Positions 1 to 7,271 of a stretch of 64,000 nucleotides of DNA are shown in pieces; within the stretch, counting starts at the first letter, position 1, and each line of letters begins with the position of its first letter. The notes under the pieces were generated by a model. The model saw nothing but the letters and a program-made list of their open reading frames with translations. It was not told the origin of the DNA and ran no database searches. The translations under genes and the position numbers were made by a program. The stretch comes from Patescibacteria group bacterium (GTDB taxonomy: Bacteria > Patescibacteriota > Patescibacteriia > Patescibacteriales > UBA12465). The stretch is from assembly GCA_041649315.1 (NCBI GenBank), contig JBAZNJ010000002.1, positions 128,851 to 192,850 of the forward strand, read 5' to 3'.

Positions 1-233
1 GGACTTTAGTTTATTTAATCGCCTTGCCCCTATCTTTAGCTGGTTTCGGATTGCTTTTTGATTATTTAGTGTCTCGGGTTTTGCCTATGCCGTCAAAGAC
101 GCGCGGCCGGGGAATCTGGTTCATTCCGGGCGGACGCGGCGGCCGGGGCGGCGGCTTCGGCGGTTCTGGCGGCGGCTTCGGAGGATTCGGCGGCGGCATG
201 TCCGGCGGCGGCGGCGCAAGCGGTTCGTGGTAA
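1..233 (+). CDS. 3' fragment of a membrane protein with Gly-rich C-terminal tail (TPM/YgcG-like C-terminus); 5' end outside window
   Basis: The reading frame starting at position 3 is open from the window edge to the TAA at 231-233. A hydrophobic segment (LPLSLAGFGLLFDYLV) is followed by a GGRGGRGGGFGGSGGGFGGFGGG tail, as seen at the C-termini of TPM-domain proteins. Confidence 0.4.
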   Translation, partial: TLVYLIALPLSLAGFGLLFDYLVSRVLPMPSKTRGRGIWFIPGGRGGRGGGFGGSGGGFGGFGGGMSGGGGASGSW

Positions 234-258
234 ATTTATAGATTAGATTTATGATTAT

Positions 259-1095
259 ATGATCAAAAATTTGTTAAAGAATAATAATCTTCAAGTTTCA
301 GATTTAGAAAGAGAATTAAAGGAAAGCGCTGATAAAAGGCAGGCCGCCATTTTGCAGCGCTTTTTTAAGACCGGCCCGGGAGAATATGGCGCTGGAGATG
401 TCTTTTTAGGCCTTAAAGTGCCTCTAATACGCACTTTAGCCCGGAAATACGCGGATTTATCCTTGTCTGGCGTTCAACGGCTTTTAAATAGCAAATTCCA
501 TGGATTTCGTCTGGCCGGATTTTTGATTCTGGTCTATAAATATGAGGCCGCCGGAAAAAGTGCCGTGCGGCCAAGCCGGACGAAAAACATCAGTCAGCAA
601 ACGATTGTCATCGAAAACAGAAGCGCCCGGCAAGCAATCGTCATCGAAAAAGAAATCGTCCAGCAAGCAATCGTTACTTTCTATCTTCGCAACGCCCGGC
701 GGGCCAATAATTGGGATTTAGTTGACTTATCGGTTTACAAGATTTTAGGTGATTTCTTATTACAGCAAACAAGGGTTGAACAACGGCGGATACTTGATAA
801 ATTAGCTATATCTGATAATATTTGGGAAAGGCGGATGGCGATAGTCGCGACTTATGCCTTTATAAAAAACGGGCAGGTTAACGAAACCTTTCGGATTGCC
901 TTGAAGCTTTTGGGCGATAAAGAGGATTTAATCCATAAGGCGGTCGGTTGGATGCTTCGGGAAGCCGGACGGCGCGACCGGGCGGCTTTGAAAAATTTCT
1001 TGAACGCCCATATCCGACGTTTGCCGCGCGTTACCTTGCGTTATGCGATTGAACATTTTCCGGCGGAAGAGCGGCAGAAGTATTTGAAGAAATAG
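259..1095 (+). CDS. DNA alkylation repair protein (AlkD-like HEAT-repeat glycosylase family)
   Basis: Family-typical strings: LQRFFKTGPGEYGAGDVFLGLKVP, NNWDLVD, WERRMAIVATYAFI, HKAVGWMLREAG, LRYAIEHFP. Contains an in-frame 33-nt tandem repeat (595-675). Confidence 0.8.
   Translation: MIKNLLKNNNLQVSDLERELKESADKRQAAILQRFFKTGPGEYGAGDVFLGLKVPLIRTLARKYADLSLSGVQRLLNSKFHGFRLAGFLILVYKYEAAGKSAVRPSRTKNISQQTIVIENRSARQAIVIEKEIVQQAIVTFYLRNARRANNWDLVDLSVYKILGDFLLQQTRVEQRRILDKLAISDNIWERRMAIVATYAFIKNGQVNETFRIALKLLGDKEDLIHKAVGWMLREAGRRDRAALKNFLNAHIRRLPRVTLRYAIEHFPAEERQKYLKK
595..675 (+). repeat. 33-nt (11-codon) in-frame tandem repeat, about 2.4 copies
   Basis: caaacgattgtcatcgaaaa (598-617), caagcaatcgtcatcgaaaa (631-650) and caagcaatcgtt (664-675) sit at an exact 33-nt period. 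The peptide reads QTIVIEN.. / QAIVIEK.. / QAIVTFY. Confidence 0.8.
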
Positions 1096-1247
1096 TGTTT
1101 AAATTTCAAATAACAAAATCCAAATTACCAATCAAATCCGAATTTCTAAATTCAAATATCAAAATTAGAAATTATGATTTTGTCATTGATTGGAAATTAG
1201 AACTTTGATATTAGAAATTTTAATAATAATCTTTTAATCTTAAATTT

Positions 1248-1739
1248 ATGGATAATTTAGAAAAAAACGCCGGTCTCCGCCGTTCAACGGATGGCGAAGA
1301 CAATGGCCAGAGCCGTTATGAGCTTAAAGCAGCGCGGCAGGAGAACCAGAGCTATAAGAAAATCGAGCAGGAAATTTTGAATTCCGGCGTTTATGGTTTG
1401 AATGATAAGGCCCGATCTTTGATTGCGGATTTAGCTACGGCGAGCGGCCGGGAAGAATCGGAAACAATATTGGCGATTTTGGAAAAATTCAATCAAGAGC
1501 AGGGCGCTTTACCGGATGGCTTGGGCGAAGAGTATGTCCGGATTTTATTTTCACCGGATGGTATTAAGCGGAAGATGGATACCGCCGGTAAGAATTTTCA
1601 TGAGGCGGTGGCCGCTTTAGCAGTTAACGCGAAAGAAAAAAATGTAATTTTAGACGAGGAGCTAATCAATCAGGCGGTTAAGAAAGCGGAAAAGATTTTG
1701 TCTTTGATTGCCGTGGAAGTACCGGAAGAAAACGAATAA
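1248..1739 (+). CDS. hypothetical protein (163 aa, acidic, no recognisable motif)
   Basis: ATG-initiated ORF in an otherwise empty interval with coding-like composition. No family recognised. Confidence 0.5.
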   Translation: MDNLEKNAGLRRSTDGEDNGQSRYELKAARQENQSYKKIEQEILNSGVYGLNDKARSLIADLATASGREESETILAILEKFNQEQGALPDGLGEEYVRILFSPDGIKRKMDTAGKNFHEAVAALAVNAKEKNVILDEELINQAVKKAEKILSLIAVEVPEENE

Positions 1740-1857
1740 TTTCGAATTAGTGACCGTGGAAATCCCGGAAGAAAACGAGTAAGCAAGATCGAGGAAAACC
1801 TTTTGAGACCGGGTCGTCAGTGAGCCGATAATTTAAGAATGTAGCCATAAATTAGTA

Positions 1858-1885
1858 TTGCGGTTTTTAAAAGTGATGTTATAAT
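1858..1885 (+). promoter_or_regulatory. putative sigma-70 promoter (TTGCGG, 16-nt spacer, TGt-TATAAT)
   Basis: Extended -10 tgttataat, with the TATAAT hexamer at 1880-1885 and TTGCGG at 1858-1863. It lies about 100 nt upstream of the ATP-grasp gene. Confidence 0.4.
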
Positions 1886-1988
1886 TATAGGGACTTAAAC
1901 ATAAAATTTCCCGAATTTTCCGCTTGGATTCTTGGCGCGCTGTATGGCCGAAGTTGTCTAAGCTTGATCGGGACTCCAATAACAAAAT

Positions 1989-4457
1989 ATGAACGGCAAT
2001 AGCCAACCCGGTCCGGAACGGCCGGGGCTCGCCGGTAAGACGATTTTAATCGTTAACACGGCCGGCGCGAACGACCCCTTACATTCTAAAAAAGCTTTTA
2101 TCAGGAAGATAAAAAGTTTCGGGGTCAAGATAGTCGTTTTAGGACGGGAAGCGACGAGCTTCCAGCCCTATGTTGATTATTGCCTGAAGGCGGATACTTT
2201 GAATTATCCGAGCGCTTTGGCGGCTTTAGATGAGTTTTTAAAAGCGCGGCCGGAAATAAAACTTGACGGCGCCTTAACTTTTTTAGAAGACGATGTCCTT
2301 CTCACAGCTAAGATTGTCGATAAATATCATTTGATTGGGACTTCTTATAAAGTCGCCGGCCGGATCCGGAACAAGCATTCTTTTCGGGATTTTTGCGCCG
2401 CTAACCGTTTGCCGACGGTCGCCTGCCGGGAGCTTAAGAATAGCCGCGATTTAGAGGAAGTAGCGAAAACCACGCGCTTTCCCCTAGTGGTTAAGCCGGC
2501 TTATGGCGCAGCTAGCGCTTTCGTGGTTAAAGTCGATGATGAGGTGGAATTACGCGAAAGCTATGAATATATTAAGAAAAAGATTTCGCCCAGGGTCGAG
2601 TCGGCTTTGAACGACGGCTTGGAGATTTTTGTCGAGGAATATATTGATGGCGACGAGGTTGATCTTGATATCTTGGTTCAAAACGGAAAGATAAAATTTT
2701 GCGCGGTATCCGATAACAGCAAGACCTCGGAGCCGTTTTTTATTGAGAAAGTCCGGACTACGCCTTCTAATCTGCCGCCGAAGAATCAAGCCGAGCTTTT
2801 AGATATGGCCGACGAAGTTCTGGAAAAGCTCGGCATCCTTAACGCCTGTGTCCATTTTGAAGCGAAATCCACGGCCCGCGGACCGATGCCTTTAGAAATC
2901 AATCTGCGCCTGGGCGGCGACGAGGTCTATCCGAGCGTTAAGGCGGCCTGGCGTGTTGATTTAGTCGAGAATATGTTGAAGATTGCGCTCGGCGTTTATA
3001 TTCCGAAATTTGAATTCCCGAGCGGTCCTTATGAATATCTGGCCGCGGAAACATTTTCCGCGCCATATTCCGGAACAATCGTTAATCTGGAAATTGACAA
3101 GGATTTGGAGCGCCGATCTTTTGTGAAAGAATTTGAATTTGAGAAACGTATCGGGGAAGCGGTCTTATGTCCGCCGGACGGCTATGAATATCTTGGTTGG
3201 ATTTTAGTTTCCGGTCATAATCCTTTAGACGCCCAGGATAATTTGCGCGAGGCCGAGCAAGCGATTCGCTACGATATTGCAAAATTTCATCCGGCCTCGT
3301 CGATCGGCAAAACCCGCCGCCGTTCGCCCTTTTCCGCTTCGGCGATAAATGTTGAAATCTTAAAACGTCGGAGCAAAATCGAGAAGATCCGCCGGATGGA
3401 GATTTCCAATCAGCGGAATCTTCATATCGGAATTGCCTGCAATCTTTATAGTGAGAATGAGGTTGACCAGGAAACCGCGGTGGAAAACGATTTAACCGTT
3501 ATTGGTCGGGAAATTGAAAAAACCTTGGCCGAGCGCGGCTACCGGCTCAGTTTTTTTGATTTTAATGATGTTGCTAAGGCCTTTAATGATTTAAAAAATA
3601 GCGATGTTGATCTGGTTTTTAATGTCTGCGAACGGATTAATAACTCAAGTTTATTAGAGCCCCATGTCGCCTCAATTATGGATACTTTACAAATTCCATA
3701 CACCGGCTCAAATCCTTTTACTCTCGGCCTTTGCATCGATAAGATCCGGGTCAAGAAATTATTAACTTACCATAAGATTCCAACGCCGGAATGGGATTAT
3801 GTTTATTCGCTTGACGACGATATCCGCGAGGATCTGCAGTATCCGTTAATCGTTAAGCCGGCAAACACGGATAATTCAATCGGGATTACCAATGATTCCG
3901 TGGTTCGGAATCGGGCCGAGCTTGATCGCCAACTGGAAAAAGTAATTAAGGAAATTGGCCGGCCGGCGCTGATTGAAGAATATATTGATGGCGATGAATA
4001 TGACGTGCCGATTATCGGTTCGGAAGAGGACGATTTACGGGTTTTACCGCTTGCCCGTTCAATCTTTGACGCTTTGCCGGCCGACCGTTGGCATATCTAT
4101 CCTTTTGAGGCTAAGTATTCCGAGAGTGAAATTTATAAAAAAATTGTTGTCCAACGGCCGCCAAAAAATATCAGCAAGCGCCTTGAGGCACTTCTGGGAG
4201 AAATCGCACTTGATACTTATAATATTCTTGATTGCCATGATTACGGCCGGATAGAGATTCGGGTTGATAAGAATAATAATCCTTATGTCCTGGAGCTTAA
4301 CCCCAATCCTTCGCTTGACGCCGGCGGAACTTTTTCTTCTTCCGCCAAGGTTATCGGCCTTGACTACGGTGATTTTTTAGAAGAAATAATTCGTTTGGCG
4401 ATTAAGCGGTATAAGGATAACCCGCCTTATTATCATCTCCAGCCGAATATGATGTAA
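1989..4457 (+). CDS. fusion of two ATP-grasp ligase modules (N-terminal carboxylate-amine ligase-like, C-terminal D-Ala-D-Ala-ligase-like)
   Basis: Module 1 carries FPLVVKPAYGAASAFVVKV, EEYIDGDEVDLDILV and LEINLRLGGD. Module 2 carries the Ddl-like prelude NVCERINNSSLLEPHVASIMDTLQIPYTGSN, then YPLIVKPANTDNSIGI, EEYIDGDEYDV and LELNPNPSL. Confidence 0.8.
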   Translation: MNGNSQPGPERPGLAGKTILIVNTAGANDPLHSKKAFIRKIKSFGVKIVVLGREATSFQPYVDYCLKADTLNYPSALAALDEFLKARPEIKLDGALTFLEDDVLLTAKIVDKYHLIGTSYKVAGRIRNKHSFRDFCAANRLPTVACRELKNSRDLEEVAKTTRFPLVVKPAYGAASAFVVKVDDEVELRESYEYIKKKISPRVESALNDGLEIFVEEYIDGDEVDLDILVQNGKIKFCAVSDNSKTSEPFFIEKVRTTPSNLPPKNQAELLDMADEVLEKLGILNACVHFEAKSTARGPMPLEINLRLGGDEVYPSVKAAWRVDLVENMLKIALGVYIPKFEFPSGPYEYLAAETFSAPYSGTIVNLEIDKDLERRSFVKEFEFEKRIGEAVLCPPDGYEYLGWILVSGHNPLDAQDNLREAEQAIRYDIAKFHPASSIGKTRRRSPFSASAINVEILKRRSKIEKIRRMEISNQRNLHIGIACNLYSENEVDQETAVENDLTVIGREIEKTLAERGYRLSFFDFNDVAKAFNDLKNSDVDLVFNVCERINNSSLLEPHVASIMDTLQIPYTGSNPFTLGLCIDKIRVKKLLTYHKIPTPEWDYVYSLDDDIREDLQYPLIVKPANTDNSIGITNDSVVRNRAELDRQLEKVIKEIGRPALIEEYIDGDEYDVPIIGSEEDDLRVLPLARSIFDALPADRWHIYPFEAKYSESEIYKKIVVQRPPKNISKRLEALLGEIALDTYNILDCHDYGRIEIRVDKNNNPYVLELNPNPSLDAGGTFSSSAKVIGLDYGDFLEEIIRLAIKRYKDNPPYYHLQPNMM

Positions 4458-4541
4458 AATTTTTTCCACCGGATACTTAGCCCGTGTGGTTTTTATTTTA
4501 TTTAATTATTTGTTTAATTTATTTATTCGATTTATTTATCC

Positions 4542-4564
4542 GATAAATCATATCATGATTTATC
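4542..4564. promoter_or_regulatory. perfect 10-bp inverted repeat with 3-bp spacer (gataaatcat atc atgatttatc) upstream of the SET gene
   Basis: Read directly: 4542-4551 is the reverse complement of 4555-4564. It ends 15 bp before the ATG at 4579. Confidence 0.35.
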
Positions 4565-4578
4565 AACCAATTTAGAAT

Positions 4579-5133
4579 ATGAAAAAAGTTAAAAGCATTA
4601 TCCCGTTCCTTTGCGAGCTCCGCCCATCAAAAATATTATCAGGTGAAGTCGGTGCCTTCGCGGTTAGGAATATTAAGAAGGGCTTGATTATTTCTCGATC
4701 TGATTCGCCGGAAGCCGCTGTTTCTTTACCGCTTCGTTATTTTAAAAAACTCGATAAGATTACTCGGGAAAAGATTAATAGTTTTTCCGCGCTTGATAAA
4801 AATAAGGAATATCGCTTGCCGGCTGATTTAAATAATATGGGCGCTTCCTGGTATTTTAATCATAGCTGTTCTCCGAATATGGCTTTTGATCGTCAAGCGA
4901 ATTTAGTCGCGCTTAGAAATATTAAAAAAGACGAAGAATTAACTTTTGATTACGGCTGGATTTTTGATGAGAAATTCAAGATGAAGTGCGCTTGCGGCTC
5001 GCCTAATTGCCGGAAAGTCGTTACCGGACTTGATTTACTTGATCCGGAATTTAGAAAATATAGCCATAATAAGATGTGGCCGGATACGCGGCTTCGGGTG
5101 GCGCTTACGGAGTGCCCAGCCAAGCAGCGATAA
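4579..5133 (+). CDS. SET-domain protein lysine methyltransferase with post-SET Cys cluster
   Basis: Hallmark motifs NHSCSPN, ELTFDY and CACGSPNCRK (post-SET). Confidence 0.85.
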   Translation: MKKVKSIIPFLCELRPSKILSGEVGAFAVRNIKKGLIISRSDSPEAAVSLPLRYFKKLDKITREKINSFSALDKNKEYRLPADLNNMGASWYFNHSCSPNMAFDRQANLVALRNIKKDEELTFDYGWIFDEKFKMKCACGSPNCRKVVTGLDLLDPEFRKYSHNKMWPDTRLRVALTECPAKQR

Positions 5134-5182
5134 CCAATAAGAGGCGAGAGATTTTAGTCAGATAAAGAAACCCTTGTATTTA

Positions 5183-5211
5183 TTGGCATATTTTTAGGGG
5201 TGTGCTATAAT
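5183..5211 (+). promoter_or_regulatory. putative strong sigma-70 promoter (TTGGCA, 17-nt spacer, TGc-TATAAT)
   Basis: ttggca at 5183-5188, a 17-nt spacer ending in tgc, and tataat at 5206-5211. It is flanked by two 12-bp direct repeats, cttgtatttatt (5173-5184 and 5215-5226). Confidence 0.5.
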
Positions 5212-5382
5212 ATACTTGTATTTATTAGGTTTTCAACAGGCGGACTTTAAAAAGAATTTAGCGATTTCTTATTTAAGAAAAAAAGTAAAAATCGTGCTTT
5301 TAATAAATTTAAATATTATTTAAAAGAATCTTATTATTAAGCTCGGCGTTAGCCGGCCTATTAATCAGATTCTCACAAAGTT

Positions 5383-5664
5383 ATGTCAAAAATGACCAAG
5401 TCCCAGATGATCGCTTCTTTGTCGGAAGCGGCCGGTTTAAGCAAAAAAGACACGGCGGCTTTCATGGATAACCTGGCCAGCTTCGTGTACAAGGAAGTTA
5501 AGAAATCCGGTGAATGCATTTTGCCTGGTTTCGGCAAGGTCGTAAAAGCGAACCGCAAAGCGAGAGAGGGCCGCAATCCGGCGACTGGGGAAACCATTAA
5601 AATCCCGGCCAAAACCGTAGTTAAATTTCGCTTGTCCAAGGCGGCAAAAGAAGCCATCCTTTAG
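5383..5664 (+). CDS. hup: DNA-binding protein HU (HU/IHF family)
   Basis: 93 aa. MTKSQMIASLSEAAGLSKKD..., the beta-arm RKAREGRNPATGETIKIPAKTVVKFR and a KFRLSKAAK ending are typical of HU. Confidence 0.9.
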   Translation: MSKMTKSQMIASLSEAAGLSKKDTAAFMDNLASFVYKEVKKSGECILPGFGKVVKANRKAREGRNPATGETIKIPAKTVVKFRLSKAAKEAIL

Positions 5665-5716
5665 TCCGGTAGTTTCGGGCGTTTCGGCGCTCGAGTTTAG
5701 ATAGAAATTTGTTCTC

Positions 5717-5752
5717 AAAAACCATCCCGTTCGGAATCCGGGATGGTTTTTA
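5717..5752. terminator. bidirectional intrinsic terminator between hup (+) and the HTH gene (-)
   Basis: Stem accatcccg (5721-5729) pairs with cgggatggt (5739-5747). An A-run lies upstream and a T-run downstream. Confidence 0.7.
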
Positions 5753-5788
5753 TTTGGGAGTGTTGCCGATGAACGGCCTTAGACCTAA

Positions 5789-6040
5789 TTACGGCCGCCA
5801 TTCATCAACATATTGGCCGAGGCCGAAATCCTTTAGCTTGTTAGTTAATTTAGTATTTTTATGGAGAAAAGAAATTAGGGAACCGAGTTCAATCTGGTAG
5901 CGGTTTTTAACGATTTTAAAAAGCAAGGCCCCGTCGGCCTTAATGGCCCGGCGGATGGTTTTGCTTTGGACGCCACCGACTTTAGCCGCTTCAGAAACAG
6001 AGAGCCAAATCGGGTTTAAGATTTTTTCGTCTTTAACCAT
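5789..6040 (-). CDS. small helix-turn-helix DNA-binding protein (excisionase/MerR-like HTH)
   Basis: LSVSEAAKVGGVQSKTIRRAIKADG matches the excisionase-family HTH pattern. 83 aa. Confidence 0.6.
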   Translation of the reverse strand: MVKDEKILNPIWLSVSEAAKVGGVQSKTIRRAIKADGALLFKIVKNRYQIELGSLISFLHKNTKLTNKLKDFGLGQYVDEWRP

Positions 6041-6124
6041 GGGAATAGAGCTTATGGGGCTTAAGGACTGGCATTAAAGGCCTAAAAAGAGCATTTAGCA
6101 ATAGTCCATTAAAATATCCACATT

Positions 6125-6150
6125 TTAAGTCCACAATATCCTGGACTTAA
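6125..6150. promoter_or_regulatory. 9-bp inverted repeat ttaagtcca-N8-tggacttaa upstream of the HTH gene (candidate operator)
   Basis: 6125-6133 is the reverse complement of 6142-6150. It lies about 85-110 bp upstream of the minus-strand ATG at 6040. A third agtcca half-site sits at 6103-6108. Confidence 0.3.
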
Positions 6151-6384
6151 GTAGTATTATTTTAGTTTCCTAAAAATTAAAAGTCAAGGCCGGAAAGAAT
6201 AAAGTTTTTAGCCATCAGTTAACCTTTGGTAAAAAGATGATGAAAATCAAAGGGAAAGGCGTATAGGCCATCATTTAATTGGTCGCAAAAAATGATAAAA
6301 ATCTAATCGCAAGGCGTATTATTTAAAAGGGAAAGAAGTATTAACAAAAGGGCGCCTGGTAAGTTATTTAAGATAATTTAAAAG

Positions 6385-6413
6385 TTGCTTTTTCCCTTCG
6401 GCCGTGCTAAAGT
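6385..6413 (+). promoter_or_regulatory. putative promoter of the sigma-factor gene (TTGCTT, 17-nt spacer, TGc-TAAAGT)
   Basis: ttgctt at 6385-6390, a 17-nt spacer ending in tgc, and taaagt at 6408-6413. Confidence 0.35.
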
Positions 6414-6489
6414 AGAGGCAATTAAAAACAAAAAAGACACATAAAGCGGCGGGTTGATTTTCCCGTTATTTTTTGTTAAAAATAAATAA

Positions 6490-7146
6490 ATGAGTTTTGA
6501 TTTGATAAAAAAATTTAAGAATAAGCAGGCCTTAAGTAAATTAAAGAGCCGGGATAAAGAAGCTTTTATCAAGGCCTACGATGAGAACGCGGAGGAGATT
6601 CATCGCTTCGTCTATTTTAAGGTCGGCAATCGGGAAGAGGCCGATGATCTGACTTCAATGATTTTCTTGAAATGCTGGCACCATATCCAGAATAAAACCC
6701 TGGAAGACGCTAACACTTTACGGGCTTTATTGTATAAGATTGCGCGGACTTCAATTGTTGATTATTACCGGGCAAACAGCGGCCGTCCGGCCGCGTCTTT
6801 AGACGATGAGGAGAATAAAATCGAGATTATGGACGATTCTGAAGATCCGCGGGACCGCCTGGATCGGGAAAGGGAAATAGAGCTTATCCGGCGGCAATTA
6901 CCACTTTTAAAGGAAGAATATCGGGAAATAATTATTATGAAATTTGTTAATGATTTATCGCTTGATGAGATTGCTGATGTAAGCGGGAAAAGCAAGGGGA
7001 GTATCAAAGTTATGATTCATCGGGCGCTTAGCGCTTTAAAAGAGATGGTTGAGAAAAATTTGGCTGAATCATCCGGATCGCCCGCGCCCGGCGAGATTGG
7101 AAAAGCAGCGGTTAAACCGCGTCGTTCGAGAAAAATGACGGGATAA
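6490..7146 (+). CDS. RNA polymerase sigma factor, sigma-70/ECF-like (regions 2 and 4)
   Basis: Region 2-like IHRFVYFKVGNREEADDLTSMIFLKCW and IARTSIVDYYR. Region 4-like EYREIIIMKFVNDLSLDEIADVSGKSKGSIKVMIHRALSALK. Confidence 0.8.
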   Translation: MSFDLIKKFKNKQALSKLKSRDKEAFIKAYDENAEEIHRFVYFKVGNREEADDLTSMIFLKCWHHIQNKTLEDANTLRALLYKIARTSIVDYYRANSGRPAASLDDEENKIEIMDDSEDPRDRLDREREIELIRRQLPLLKEEYREIIIMKFVNDLSLDEIADVSGKSKGSIKVMIHRALSALKEMVEKNLAESSGSPAPGEIGKAAVKPRRSRKMTG

Positions 7147-7271
7147 AAAACCATTAAATAAAATATCTAATTAAAACAAAAATAGCTATTAGTCAAGTGT
7201 AACTTTATTGTAATTTATACGTATATTATAGTGTAAAGTTATTAAGCATTTTTTAGTAAATAGTAAAATTT

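Noticed and set aside
1096-1247. Clustered ttagaaatt/aatttctaa and ccaatcaa/ttgattgg motifs as a regulatory palindrome or origin-like element.
   Set aside because: The region is extremely AT-rich and low-complexity. The matches are short (8-10 bp) and not arranged as a coherent palindrome, so they are indistinguishable from compositional noise.
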